A DNA stretch of 64,000 nucleotides from Methanobacteriota archaeon (GTDB lineage: Archaea > Thermoplasmatota > SW-10-69-26 > JACQPN01). Of the stretch, positions 17,151-27,365 are shown piece after piece (within the stretch, counting starts at the first letter, position 1; each line of letters starts with the position of its first letter). The DNA lies in contig JACQPN010000005.1 of assembly GCA_016207515.1 (NCBI GenBank), positions 12,810 to 76,809 of the forward strand. Reading direction: 5' to 3'. The translations under genes were made by a program, and so were the position numbers. The notes below the pieces were generated by a model. That model did not search any database, was not told the DNA's origin, and saw only the letters and a list, made by a program, of their open reading frames with translations.

Positions 17151-19032
17151 GGGCCATGATGCGAAGGCGAGTTCTCGCTGGGGGTTGACGGTCTTCTCCC
17201 ACATCCCCGATTGTCTTTCCTGGGAGGACGCCTTCCACCTCACGAGCGAAGAGAGATTGGAACTCGTAAGACGCCTTGCGGAAGAAGGCCCGGGTGCGAT
17301 CGACAGGTTCCTTGAGGAACGAAAGGAACAAGGCGGCCTGGGAGCGCATTTCGAGGACGTGAAGCGGCGTATGGAGGCGTTCGCCGCAGAAAGACGGCGC
17401 CGACTCCTCGAGGAGTTCGAGGAGAGGCGGAAAAGGGCGGAAGCGGAATCGGGCCAGAAACTCGTCACCGTGAGCGAGGCGAAGAAGTCGGCAGAAGAGC
17501 GGCTTCGAGAGCTTCTTGCCTCCCGGGACGCTGAATTGCGAGGCGCGCTACTTGGCGGAGACCTCGTCCGACTCACTTTGTCGGCAAGCCCAGGCGAAGA
17601 ACGGAAACGTGGTCCGATCGACGTGCTCCTCGGTTTCATTCTGGGAATTCTTGCCGCCATCGGACGCGTTTGGCGATCGTTCCTTTCGTTCCTAGGCCTA
17701 CGACGACGGGCACGGCGCACCACAATAGCAGCGTTTCGAGGCCTCGCGGGAACTTACGCCGAGATCGAGGGACGGGTCGGACTCGCGTTGCGATCAAGCG
17801 ACGATGTCCGGTCACTGGTGCGCCAACGAATGGGCCAACTCAGGGCGGGAGACCGGTTCTCTCTCTGGTGGCGTAAGCTCCTCGGCCTCGAAGACGACGA
17901 ATCCATCCTCCGCCGGTTCATCGAGGACGAGGTGGAGAAAGGCCTCACCGAGAAGGAACGCGAGATGATGCGGCAACGGGAGGAGTTGGAAAAGAACCTC
18001 GCGGGCCTCGATGAGCGGCGCCGTGCCGAGGAAGCCGAGACCCAAGGCGAGCTTGACCGCATCGAACGTGAACGCGAGGCGGCGATAAAGAGACTACGGG
18101 AACTCGCCTCGAACGCGCCCAGGGAGAGACTACGCCAAGAGGTCGTGGAGGACCTGCTCGCGTCGGGCCTCGTCCGGGAGACCGAAGGCAACATCACGAT
18201 CACGCACCGGCTCATCGACAGGTTCGCAGACCTCGTACTCGCAGCGGAGACGAAGTCCGCCAGGAGCGGCAAACGAAGCGGCTTCGGTCGGACGGCGGAG
18301 GGTGAAGGCGATTACGAGCGCTCGCCGCTTCTCTCGCGCGAAGACATGTCGAGGATGGACATAGCCGAATCCCTCGTTTCCGCGAGGTTGAACCACCCGC
18401 GCGTGAAGCACATGTTCGACGACGACGTCATCATCCACCGCGAGATACGCTCCGCCGTCACACACGCGGTCCTAGTCATGGACGCGAGCGCCAGCATGGA
18501 AGAGAACGGACGGATACTCGCGGCAAAAAGAGCGGTCCTGGCGCTCCACAGCGCCGTAAAACGATCGAACCCGCGTAACATCGTCGACGTCCTCGTGATG
18601 AGGACGGACGTGCGTAGGATCGACCTTCTCGAGGCGTGGAACCTCAAGCCACGGGGCTTCACGAACACGGGGAGGGCACTGAGGATGGCGTCGGACCTCT
18701 TGGAGCGGGAAGGCAAGGACAGGCAACTCCTCTACCTCGTGACCGACGGCCTCCCCGAGGCGCACACGGAGGGCGGCGAGGATCTTGCGGGCTTTCCCGA
18801 GAAAGCGATGCGCTCGGCGCTCGATTCATCGCGCCGACTCCGCTCTCTTCCGGGCGCCTACTTCGTCCAGGTGCTCTTGGAGGCCAAGGACCCCACGTAC
18901 GTCGAGGCGGCGGAATCCATAGCCTCACAAGGCAAGGGCCGTGTCCTTCGCGTCGACCCGGGCGACTTGGCCCAAAGGAGCCTCGCCGAATTCAGTCGTG
19001 CGACGAGGCAGTGGCAGGAAATACCGGCCTGA
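17125..19032 (+). CDS. von Willebrand factor A (vWA) domain protein with N-terminal coiled-coil and a single TM segment
   Basis: C-terminal vWA with MIDAS DASAS...T...D (HAVLVMDASASMEENGR...LLYLVTDGLPEAH). TM segment IDVLLGFILGILAAIGRVW. Long E/R-rich coiled coils. Overlaps the AAA+ gene by 26 nt. Confidence 0.75.
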   Translation: MTRTRRRSEGHDAKASSRWGLTVFSHIPDCLSWEDAFHLTSEERLELVRRLAEEGPGAIDRFLEERKEQGGLGAHFEDVKRRMEAFAAERRRRLLEEFEERRKRAEAESGQKLVTVSEAKKSAEERLRELLASRDAELRGALLGGDLVRLTLSASPGEERKRGPIDVLLGFILGILAAIGRVWRSFLSFLGLRRRARRTTIAAFRGLAGTYAEIEGRVGLALRSSDDVRSLVRQRMGQLRAGDRFSLWWRKLLGLEDDESILRRFIEDEVEKGLTEKEREMMRQREELEKNLAGLDERRRAEEAETQGELDRIEREREAAIKRLRELASNAPRERLRQEVVEDLLASGLVRETEGNITITHRLIDRFADLVLAAETKSARSGKRSGFGRTAEGEGDYERSPLLSREDMSRMDIAESLVSARLNHPRVKHMFDDDVIIHREIRSAVTHAVLVMDASASMEENGRILAAKRAVLALHSAVKRSNPRNIVDVLVMRTDVRRIDLLEAWNLKPRGFTNTGRALRMASDLLEREGKDRQLLYLVTDGLPEAHTEGGEDLAGFPEKAMRSALDSSRRLRSLPGAYFVQVLLEAKDPTYVEAAESIASQGKGRVLRVDPGDLAQRSLAEFSRATRQWQEIPA

Positions 19033-19092
19033 ACCCTTGAGCGAAGGGGACCTGTGCGCCGGCCGCTTCGGGGCGGGCCTACGCGACCGACG

Positions 19093-19974
19093 TCAATGCC
19101 GTCCACCGGTCCCGACCTTTACGACGAGGCAAGGGCATGGGGAGCGTTTGAGCACTCGATCCACCGTACTCCCCCAAAGGAACTGATGCGCACTTGGCTT
19201 CCGAGTCGCGCCCAGCACAAGCATCGTGGATCGGGCCTTGCGGGCGTAGGAAAGGATCGACCGGGCGGCGTCGCTGGATTCGGTCACCGCCTCCTCATAG
19301 GGTACGTCCTCGGCGTCGAGGATCATCGCACATGATCGAAGGACCTCGTTCACGCGAGTTGACGGGGCGCCGCGCGACGCCGCGTGGAAAAGGGTCACCG
19401 AACCTTTCCGGACGGACGCCGCGCGAGCTGCGTCGCCCGGTCTAGAGCGGGGCTCATCCCCCCGTGGACTCGCTAGTGCGGCGGCCACTTGAGTGGCCAA
19501 CACGGAGTGGTCGTAACCGGCCGTCGGGACGAGGACGCGCGTAGCATCGACCTGTGTGTGCTTCTTGTAGTCGACGACCATCACGTTAGTGGGACTGCCA
19601 CGGACGACGTCGTCGACGAGGTTTCCAAGTAGGAGCCGCTCGCCCCTGTCCTTTCCCGTCGATCCGAGGACCACGAGGTCGTGGCCGCCGGCCTTGGATT
19701 CGTGAATGATGGCGGCGGCTTCGGAGCGGGCAAGCATTATCTTGGACCGGACGACGGCCCCCCGGGCCTCGATCGAGGCGGACAGTTCCTCCAAGAGTTC
19801 CCCCGCCTCTTCGACGCGGTCGGCGACGTACCCCGGTCGCCTCTCGGTCGGGAGGGTGATGACGTTGAGGAGCATCACTTCGCCGTCGCCGCGCACAAGG
19901 CGCGGCAGGAGACCCTCGACGGTGCGCAAAAGGCGCGGAGAAACGGCGGGGACGAGGATGCGGCGAAAGAGCAC
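19093..19974 (-). CDS. universal stress protein, tandem UspA domains
   Basis: Two UspA-like halves, each ending in a G-x2-G-x9-G-S(T) ATP-binding type motif (VVLGSTGKDRGERLLLGN / MLVLGATRKPSAHQFLWGSTVD). Confidence 0.8.
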   Translation of the reverse strand: MLFRRILVPAVSPRLLRTVEGLLPRLVRGDGEVMLLNVITLPTERRPGYVADRVEEAGELLEELSASIEARGAVVRSKIMLARSEAAAIIHESKAGGHDLVVLGSTGKDRGERLLLGNLVDDVVRGSPTNVMVVDYKKHTQVDATRVLVPTAGYDHSVLATQVAAALASPRGDEPRSRPGDAARAASVRKGSVTLFHAASRGAPSTRVNEVLRSCAMILDAEDVPYEEAVTESSDAARSILSYARKARSTMLVLGATRKPSAHQFLWGSTVDRVLKRSPCPCLVVKVGTGGRH

Positions 19975-20069
19975 GGCAGCGAATCCCCGTCCTGATTATT
20001 AACGGGGACGACGAAGCACCAACATCGGCCCCAGGTGGCTTACCCGATCTTCTGAAGCCAGCAAACCTT

Positions 20070-21182
20070 TCAGAACGTGCTGGGTCTCGACGTCGTCTGG
20101 TTGGGCCCACCCGACGGCGGCGCCGGCGGCAGATGCGTGAGTACGTCGTGCTCGAAGCCGAAATTCATGGTGGGTTCGCCCCCGAACGTCGTGTCCCAGG
20201 AGAAGAACACCTTGTACTTCCCGAAACCCGCCTCGTTGAAGTTCGGCCGGTAGAGGGTCATCTTCTGCGCCTGTACGGGCGAGAACGTGCCCATCACCAT
20301 GCGACCGTCGGGCCCCGTGACCCACATGGAGGGAATGACCTTCGATGGGCCCCGGTAGGTGAGACCGAAGGAGGCCCGCCGCGTCTCGTTCGTCACTTGG
20401 AACTCGTGTAGGAGCATCGGTTGTTGGTCGGTCGCGTTCACGCTCTTGGCGACGTTTCCGGATTGCGAGTAGGTGTCCGTCGTGTTGAACGGCATCAGCA
20501 TGTACACACCCGTCACCGAGGATGCCTGCGGACCGCCCGTGACGAGTTGCAGCTGTGCTCCTTGGGCGCCGCTGCCGGCCGAGGTCGAAAGGACGGCGAG
20601 ACCGATGTTTCCCCGGTTCCCCTTCTCGTGCATGAAGCCCCCTCGGGGAAGTTCGAGGCTTGCGGTCACGGTCACCAGTTGCCCCGGGGCGAGTGTCTGC
20701 GGCAGGTCGAACGTGGCCCCCGCCACGTAGCTGTCCTCGAAGCCGCTGAAGACGAACGCTACCGGCCGGGGATTCGTCGGATCGAGAGGCGGGAAAGTCA
20801 CGATCTTGTCGGTCGTGAAGGTCATGGTGGCCTTCAAGGGCTCGATGTAATGGATGTTGTTCCCCGATGGGCTCGTGAACCACGGGTGCGGGAAATTGCC
20901 GGAAGTGAACTCCTGGACGCCGTCGACGGCGACGGCGACCTGTCTTTCGGGTCTTACGCTGTCAAAGCCGTGGTCGGGCGTGAAGTAGGCCGTGAAAGGC
21001 CGTTCTACAAAGAATTCGTTACCGGCCTCGTCGGTGAAATTGTGGACGGGCCCGCCGGCGATATCCGTCGCCAATGGTGGCGTCGTGACGAGGTCCCCGG
21101 TGGTCACGTCCCCCGTGTCGATGCACCCGGAAAGGACCGCCGGGACCATAATGAGACAGGCTACGAGGGCGCTGGATCTCAT
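20070..21182 (-). CDS. secreted lipoprotein with beta-sandwich repeats, unknown function
   Basis: Start re-assigned to MRSSALVACLIMVPAVLSGC (signal peptide plus lipobox-like site). TATA-like element about 25 nt upstream (21205-21215). Confidence 0.5.
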   Translation of the reverse strand: MRSSALVACLIMVPAVLSGCIDTGDVTTGDLVTTPPLATDIAGGPVHNFTDEAGNEFFVERPFTAYFTPDHGFDSVRPERQVAVAVDGVQEFTSGNFPHPWFTSPSGNNIHYIEPLKATMTFTTDKIVTFPPLDPTNPRPVAFVFSGFEDSYVAGATFDLPQTLAPGQLVTVTASLELPRGGFMHEKGNRGNIGLAVLSTSAGSGAQGAQLQLVTGGPQASSVTGVYMLMPFNTTDTYSQSGNVAKSVNATDQQPMLLHEFQVTNETRRASFGLTYRGPSKVIPSMWVTGPDGRMVMGTFSPVQAQKMTLYRPNFNEAGFGKYKVFFSWDTTFGGEPTMNFGFEHDVLTHLPPAPPSGGPNQTTSRPSTF

Positions 21183-21330
21183 CTTGAAGGTGCTTATACC
21201 GGCCTTCCTATAAAACCAGTCTAGTCGGATGCCTTGAACATCCTCCACGGAGCAGGGACATCGATTCTCGCCTCGGGTAGCCGCGAAGCGTGCAGAAGCC
21301 GTCGCGCTCCGGCCCGTTTTCAAGCAGCCG

Positions 21331-22185
21331 CTAGCGACGAAGGGCTCTCAGGGCGGCTAGGTCGCGTCGAAAGCCCGGCATGCGCTCGTCCTCTTCGGGG
21401 TCCGTCTCGATGTTGCCGGGCGTATCCTTGAACCTCGCGTCGTTGAGGAGCGTACGAAACCCTTCCTTCCCGATGCCGCCTTCGCCGATGTGCTCGTGGC
21501 GGTCGAGCCGACCGTCGAACGGGCCCTTCGAATCATTGAGATGGAACGCCTGGATGAGCTTCGTGCCTAGCAAGGCATCGAAGGACCCCATCGTCTTCTC
21601 GTACGCCGTCTCTGTCCTTAGGTCGTACCCGGCGGCGAACGCGTGGCACGTGTCGAAACAAACCCCGACGCGCTTCTTGTCATGTATCTTGTCGATCATG
21701 GTCGCGAGGTCCTCGAACCTGCGGCCCACATTCGTCCCCTGGCCCGCGGCGTTCTCGAGAAGCACAATGGTCTTCCCCCCTTTTGTCGCCGCAAGCGCTT
21801 CGTTGACGCTCACCGAGACGTTTTCAAACCCGACTTCTTCCCCCGCGCCCGTGTGGCTTCCCGGGTGGAATATCAAGCCATGGAGACCAAGCAGCTCAGA
21901 CCGGCGGATCTCGTCGATGAACGCAGCGACGGATTTCGCTCGTAGCCCCGTGTCGGGCGAGGCCATGTTGATGAGGTAGCCGGCATGCGCGACCGGCCTC
22001 TTGATGCCTGTCTCTTTCAGCAGTTTCCTCCAGAGGGCGATATCTTCTGGCTCGTAGGGCCTTGCCTCCCATTGGCGCTGGTTCTTGGTGAAGATCTGCA
22101 CTGATTCGCAGTCCAGCTCCTTCGCTTTGACGAGGGCCGTGGCGACACCGCCCGCGATCGAAGTGTGGGCACCTAGAAGCACCAT
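21331..22185 (-). CDS. nfo: endonuclease IV (AP endonuclease family 2)
   Basis: HAGYLINMAS, FHPGSH, VLLENAAGQG, CFDTCHAFAAGYD and HLNDS metal-binding motifs. Confidence 0.9.
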   Translation of the reverse strand: MVLLGAHTSIAGGVATALVKAKELDCESVQIFTKNQRQWEARPYEPEDIALWRKLLKETGIKRPVAHAGYLINMASPDTGLRAKSVAAFIDEIRRSELLGLHGLIFHPGSHTGAGEEVGFENVSVSVNEALAATKGGKTIVLLENAAGQGTNVGRRFEDLATMIDKIHDKKRVGVCFDTCHAFAAGYDLRTETAYEKTMGSFDALLGTKLIQAFHLNDSKGPFDGRLDRHEHIGEGGIGKEGFRTLLNDARFKDTPGNIETDPEEDERMPGFRRDLAALRALRR

Positions 22186-22198
22186 GCAAGGACCGCCC

Positions 22199-23083
22199 TT
22201 AGACCGTCCTCGCGGCTATCTGGTGCTCCTGCTGCTCCAACTCCGTCAATGCCTTGTGCAATTCCGCATCGCTTGGCGCCTTGCCGTGGAAAGACAGCGA
22301 ACCTTGCATGAAGGAGACGCCCTTGCCTTTCACTGTGTGGGCATAGATGCAGGTGGGGCCGCCCTTGTGCGCCTTGGCCTTGTCCACGGCCTCAAGGACA
22401 GCGTGCATGTCGTGGCCATCGATCTCCAAGACGTTCCAGCGGAACGAGCGCCACTTGTCGCCGATGGGCTCGATCGACATTATCTCCTCCGTCGGGCCGT
22501 CGATCTGCAGCATGTTCCGGTCAAGGAACACGGTAAGGTTATCCAGCTTGTAATGAGCGGCCGCCATCGCGGCCTCCCAGATGAGCCCCTCGTCGCACTC
22601 GCCGTCGCCGACGATGCAATAGACCTGGTAATCCTTCTTGTCGAGTTTCCCCGCGAGCGCCATCCCGACGGCGGCAGGAAGGCCATTGCCTTCGCTTCCC
22701 GTGCTCATGTCCACACCTGGGGTCTTTCGCATCGACGGGTGGCCCTGGAGATGACTGTTGATCTTCCGGTACGTCACGAGGTCCTCGACGGGAAAGTACC
22801 CGTTCATCGCCAGGGCTGCATACCAGGCGGCGCACGAGTGCCCCTTGCTCATGATGACGCGGTCGCGGTCGGGCCATTGGGGGTCCTTGGGGTCGTGGCG
22901 GAGTTTCTCAAAGTAGAGCGCCGTGATGAAATCGGTCGAGGAAAGGGACCCACCGGGGTGCCCCGAACCGGCCGCATGGACCATCTTGATCACGTGCTTG
23001 CGGATCTCGACGGCCTTCGATTCGAGTCCCTTGATCTTCTTCGCGGAATGTTCAGTCAAGGCTGCCGGGGGAGATGACGCCAA
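22199..23083 (-). CDS. transketolase, N-terminal subunit (split archaeal form)
   Basis: TPP-binding GHPGGSLS and GDGECDEG motifs. About 294 aa equals the N-terminal half only. No C-terminal subunit is adjacent. Confidence 0.85.
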   Translation of the reverse strand: MASSPPAALTEHSAKKIKGLESKAVEIRKHVIKMVHAAGSGHPGGSLSSTDFITALYFEKLRHDPKDPQWPDRDRVIMSKGHSCAAWYAALAMNGYFPVEDLVTYRKINSHLQGHPSMRKTPGVDMSTGSEGNGLPAAVGMALAGKLDKKDYQVYCIVGDGECDEGLIWEAAMAAAHYKLDNLTVFLDRNMLQIDGPTEEIMSIEPIGDKWRSFRWNVLEIDGHDMHAVLEAVDKAKAHKGGPTCIYAHTVKGKGVSFMQGSLSFHGKAPSDAELHKALTELEQQEHQIAARTV

Positions 23084-23272
23084 TCACGCTAAATGTGTTT
23101 GGTCCCCCGTCCGGGCCAAAACCGGCGCCACGTGGAGAAAACCGGGCTTGACCGACGTACTGGCACCGCGGCACTCGAGATACGGGCCCGAACGGGGTCG
23201 CTTCGGGATTCGGCGCTGCGGAAAAAGTATAAAAAGCCCCGAAGTATGCGGCGCGTAACGGGAAGATAAAGA

Positions 23273-25312
23273 ATGGCCGACCTCACCCCCTACGCCTTGG
23301 AACTGTCCCTTGCGGCCGCCGGCGTCGCACTCGTCTACGCGATCTACCTCACGATGAGGATACTCCGGCAGGACGAGGGCTCCGACAAGATGAAGGCCAT
23401 CGCACAAGCCATCCGTGAAGGCTCCATGGCGTACCTTGCGCGCCAGTACAGGACCATAGCCATCATCGCTGTCGCGGTGGCCGTCCTCTTAGCCGTCTAC
23501 CCGCCGCTCGGTCCCGTGGCCGCCGGCGCCTTCATACTTGGAGCCGTCCTTTCGGCGCTCGCAGGGTATGCCGGCATGCTCATCGCCATCCGGGCGAACG
23601 TCCGCACCGCGCGCGCCGCCGAACGCGGCGTCGGGCCCGCCATGGACCTGGCTTTTTCGGGCGGCACCGTCACGGGCATGGCCATCGTAGGGCTAGGGCT
23701 CTTCGGGATTGCCGGCCTCTACATGGTGCTTCGCGACGTGAACCTCCTTATCGGATTCGGGTTCGGAGCCTCGCTCATCTCGCTTTTCGCCCGCGTGGGC
23801 GGCGGAATCTACACGAAAGTCGCGGATGTCGGGGCGGACCTCGTGGGAAAACTCGAAGCGGGAATACCGGAGGACGACGCCCGTAACCCCGCCGTGATCG
23901 CGGACAACGTCGGCGACAACGTCGGCGACTGCGCCGGCATGGGTGCCGACCTCTTCGAATCCTACGTCGTCACTTTGATCGCGGCGATGATTCTCGGAGC
24001 GCTCACGGTTGGAAAGACCCTGAACGGGTTCGTCGTCGGCGACGAAGTGGTGCTGCTCCCACTCATCATCGCGGCCGGCGGCATCGCCGGGAGCATCCTC
24101 GGCAGCGTCTTCGTGCGCCCAAAGACCGAGGCCAAGATCTGGCCCTCCCTCAACGTGGGGATATACGTCGCCGCGGGCGTCTCGGCCATCCTTATCTACG
24201 TGGCGACGCTGGGGCAGCCGAACGGGGTGCAATACTTCCTCGCGGCCTCCGTCGGGATACTCACCACCATCATCATCAGCCACATCACGGCTTACTACAC
24301 GTCCACCGACAAGCCGCCGGTGCGCGAACTCGCCGAGCTCTCGAACGGCGGCCCCACGGCGAACGTCCTTTTCGGCCTCGGGATCGGGTTCCGAAGCACG
24401 ATACTCCCGATCCTCACCATCTCCGCGGCGATCCTCATCTCCTACCAACTCGCGGGGATCTACGGCATTGCACTTGCCGCCATGGGCCTCCTCTCGGTGA
24501 CCGGCATCATCATGTCCATCGACAGCTACGGGCCGATAAGCGATAATGCCGGCGGCATCGCCGAGATGAGCGGAATGTCATCCGACGTGCGTAAGGTCAC
24601 CGACGCGCTCGACGCTGTTGGAAACACAACGAAGGCGACGACCAAGGGGGTCGCGATCGCTAGCGCGTCGATCAGTGCCCTCGCCCTCTTCACGGCGTTC
24701 ACGCAAGAGGCAAAACTCGGGGACGTGAACCTCTTCGCTATGCCCGTCCTCGTCGGCCTCATCATCGGAGCGACGGTGCCGCTCGTCTTTTCCGCGTGGG
24801 CGATGCAGGCGGTGGGCCGAAGTGCGAACCTCATGGTCGAGGAAGTTCGCCGCCAGTTCCGTGAGATCCCCGGTATCATGGAAGGGACGGCGAAGCCAGA
24901 CTACGCAAGGTGTGTCGACATCTCGACGCAAGCGGCCATCCGGCAACTTGGAAGGCTCGGCGCCATCGCAGTCATCCCACCAATAGTCATCGGGCTTCTC
25001 TTGGGACCTCTCGCCCTGGCAGGTTTCCTCGTCGGAAGCATCCTCACCGGACAGCTTCTAGCCTACACGCTCTGCAACGCGGGCGCGGCATGGGACAACG
25101 GCAAGAAGTACATCGAACAGGGTAACCACGGTGGAAAGAAGAGCCCCGCGCATCAGACCGCGGTCATCGGAGACACCATCGGCGACCCTGCGAAGGACAC
25201 TGCGGGACCCGCGATAAACAGCCTCATAAAGGTCATCAACACGGTGAGTCTGCTCCTCGCGCCCTTGCTCGCCGGGTTGACGATCGCGGCATACATACCG
25301 GGATGGTCATGA
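23273..25312 (+). CDS. hppA: H+-translocating membrane pyrophosphatase, canonical, K+-independent type
   Basis: GGGIYTKVADVGADLVGKLEAG, DNVGDNVGDCAGMGADLFESY, AYYTSTDKPPVRELA and AVIGDTIGDPAKDTAGPAINSLIKV are all canonical. GNTTKATTKG has Lys at the K+-dependence position. Confidence 0.9.
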   Translation: MADLTPYALELSLAAAGVALVYAIYLTMRILRQDEGSDKMKAIAQAIREGSMAYLARQYRTIAIIAVAVAVLLAVYPPLGPVAAGAFILGAVLSALAGYAGMLIAIRANVRTARAAERGVGPAMDLAFSGGTVTGMAIVGLGLFGIAGLYMVLRDVNLLIGFGFGASLISLFARVGGGIYTKVADVGADLVGKLEAGIPEDDARNPAVIADNVGDNVGDCAGMGADLFESYVVTLIAAMILGALTVGKTLNGFVVGDEVVLLPLIIAAGGIAGSILGSVFVRPKTEAKIWPSLNVGIYVAAGVSAILIYVATLGQPNGVQYFLAASVGILTTIIISHITAYYTSTDKPPVRELAELSNGGPTANVLFGLGIGFRSTILPILTISAAILISYQLAGIYGIALAAMGLLSVTGIIMSIDSYGPISDNAGGIAEMSGMSSDVRKVTDALDAVGNTTKATTKGVAIASASISALALFTAFTQEAKLGDVNLFAMPVLVGLIIGATVPLVFSAWAMQAVGRSANLMVEEVRRQFREIPGIMEGTAKPDYARCVDISTQAAIRQLGRLGAIAVIPPIVIGLLLGPLALAGFLVGSILTGQLLAYTLCNAGAAWDNGKKYIEQGNHGGKKSPAHQTAVIGDTIGDPAKDTAGPAINSLIKVINTVSLLLAPLLAGLTIAAYIPGWS

Positions 25313-25346
25313 GAAGGCTAATCCTGCGGCGCGTCTATCCTGAGGC

Positions 25347-25985
25347 GTGGCTTGGATAGCTTTACCTGACGAACTACCAGACGACGACTGGCGTTCGCGC
25401 CCAGGGTCCGGGAAGTCTTGGCTGCATCGGCGCACTGGTCTCCCACCGGGTTCTCATAGGAAACTTGCGCTTGCAGTCATACTCGCACTAGCGAGCGCGG
25501 GAGCCGGGTGGGCAGTAGGACTTTCTGACGTCGGCATCGCAACCCTTGTGGGCGCGGTGTTCGTTTCAGCTCTAGCCGTCTGGTACGAAACCGTTTCGGC
25601 TGCGCGCCACGAGCTCTTGGACCAAGGGCTCACCGTCTTGAAATCTGATTTCGATGACGTTAGAGAAATGCTTGAGCGTGCGTCCACGTTGCATGCCTTC
25701 GCGAATCTCTCAACTAGAGACTCTTCGGACGAGGCTCTGGCCCGAGAGCATCCGTCATGGTTGGAATTGTGCGTCCCACGGTTCGCTCGTTTTCCCCTTC
25801 AGCGAAGGGCGCTCATCAAGTTCAGTAGGGCAGCGCGGATTTGCCTTCCGGAAGAACGAGCTGCTGGGGATCATGGGGCTGTTGAAAAAGCGCGACGTGA
25901 TGTTTCGGCAGCACTAAAGGAGTTGGAGATTCACATGGATACGTTTCTTAAGCGCGGTTATCAGGAGAAGCGACGGCTTCCATGA
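25347..25985 (+). CDS. hypothetical membrane protein
   Basis: Track ORF. Two TM segments near the N-terminus, then a charged helical C-terminal domain. Confidence 0.35.
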   Translation: MAWIALPDELPDDDWRSRPGSGKSWLHRRTGLPPGSHRKLALAVILALASAGAGWAVGLSDVGIATLVGAVFVSALAVWYETVSAARHELLDQGLTVLKSDFDDVREMLERASTLHAFANLSTRDSSDEALAREHPSWLELCVPRFARFPLQRRALIKFSRAARICLPEERAAGDHGAVEKARRDVSAALKELEIHMDTFLKRGYQEKRRLP

Positions 25986-25989
25986 CCTC

Positions 25990-26277
25990 CTACTCCGCAT
26001 TCACGGTCTTGACTTCCGGCACCCTGGCCTTGAGTATCCGCTCGATGCCCATCCGAAGCGTCATCTGGCTCATTCCACAACCCGAGCACGCTCCGACCAT
26101 ACGGATGTCCACCGTGCCGCTCGTTTCGTCCGCTTTCACGAGCTCAAGGTCGCCGCCATCCATGTTGACCGCGGGGCGGATCTGTTCGATGACGGCCTCG
26201 ACGCGCTCCTGAAAACTCTTCTTGGGCTTTGGAGCCCCTTGGGGTGCTCCAGGTTCGGCAGTAGTCTCCATCGTCAC
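25990..26277 (-). CDS. NifU-like (Nfu) Fe-S cluster scaffold domain protein
   Basis: VIEQIRPAVNMDGGDLELV...MVGACSGCGMSQMTL is the Nfu C-terminal CxxC domain. Confidence 0.7.
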   Translation of the reverse strand: MTMETTAEPGAPQGAPKPKKSFQERVEAVIEQIRPAVNMDGGDLELVKADETSGTVDIRMVGACSGCGMSQMTLRMGIERILKARVPEVKTVNAE

Positions 26278-26313
26278 TCAAGCGACCATTGATGCTTATC
26301 GTTTATAACCATT

Positions 26314-26895
26314 GTGCCCGATTACACGCGGATGGTCACAATCGCGCAGAGGTACAAACTGAAGATCGGCTCCGCCGCGCCGCCGTTCGTCCTTCCTTGC
26401 GTCGACGGGAAGACACATGCCCTCCCCGATTTCAAGGGCGAGGCGTTGCTCGTCGTCTTCAGCTGCAACCACTGCCCGTACGTCCAATCGTACGAGGAGC
26501 GGCTCATCGCCATCGGCCGCGACTACGTGGCGCGCGGACTAGATTTCGTCGCGGTGAACAGCAACGAGATCGAGAACTACCCGGAGGACGATTTCGCTCA
26601 CATGGTCGAGAGGGCGAAGGCGAAGGGTTACACGTTCCATTACGTGCGAGACGAAAGCCAGGAGGTCGCCGAAAGCTTTGGGGCCCAGTGCACGCCCCAC
26701 GTCTTCCTCTTCGACCACAACCGAAGGCTCGCCTACCAAGGCCGGATCGACGACAACCGCGATGCGACGCAGGTGAAGCGCCACGAACTAAGGGAGGCGA
26801 TCGAGGCGTTGTTCGCCGGAAGACCCGTCGGGCTTGAGGAAACACCGGCGTTTGGCTGCTCCATAAAGTGGGACAAGGAACCGAAGTTCCTTTGA
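26314..26895 (+). CDS. thioredoxin-fold redoxin (AhpC/TSA / thiol-disulfide oxidoreductase family)
   Basis: PPFVLPCVDGKTHALPDFKGEALLVVFSCNHCPYV carries a CxxC active site in a redoxin context. Confidence 0.7.
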   Translation: MPDYTRMVTIAQRYKLKIGSAAPPFVLPCVDGKTHALPDFKGEALLVVFSCNHCPYVQSYEERLIAIGRDYVARGLDFVAVNSNEIENYPEDDFAHMVERAKAKGYTFHYVRDESQEVAESFGAQCTPHVFLFDHNRRLAYQGRIDDNRDATQVKRHELREAIEALFAGRPVGLEETPAFGCSIKWDKEPKFL

Positions 26896-27092
26896 CGGCG
26901 CGACGACAGCATCGGCAGGTGCGCGGACCGGAAACGGAAAGTCACGCGTATGTATGGCTCGATCACATCATGGGTTTGCCCCGGTGATATTTCGCCCTTT
27001 TCCGCCGATTTCAGGAGGTTGCTCCTTACAATTCTACGTCTGTACGTGAACCTTATTAGCCGAAATCCCGCCGAAGCCTCCGTGGTGAACCT

Positions 27093-27365
27093 ATGCGTCA
27101 TGAACGGACGGTGTCGCTTTTCGCAGGGCTGTTGAGCGCGTCAGGCGCCATCTACGCCTTGTGGAAGATACAGCAGGCATTCAACTTCGGTGAGCCCGAC
27201 GGGCCTTCGGTCTTCGGCCTAGCGATCATCGGCGCGCTTTTCGCCGCGGTCGCAGGAGGAGGCCTTTCGGTGGACCTATTCAGTTCAGAGTCCGCGGGAA
27301 GTCGGGAAGATGCGCCATCCAGGCCGCCGACGATGAAACCGCCGCCCGGAAAGCCGATCCAGTGA
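27093..27365 (+). CDS. small membrane protein, hypothetical
   Basis: Two hydrophobic segments. Weak support. Confidence 0.25.
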   Translation: MRHERTVSLFAGLLSASGAIYALWKIQQAFNFGEPDGPSVFGLAIIGALFAAVAGGGLSVDLFSSESAGSREDAPSRPPTMKPPPGKPIQ

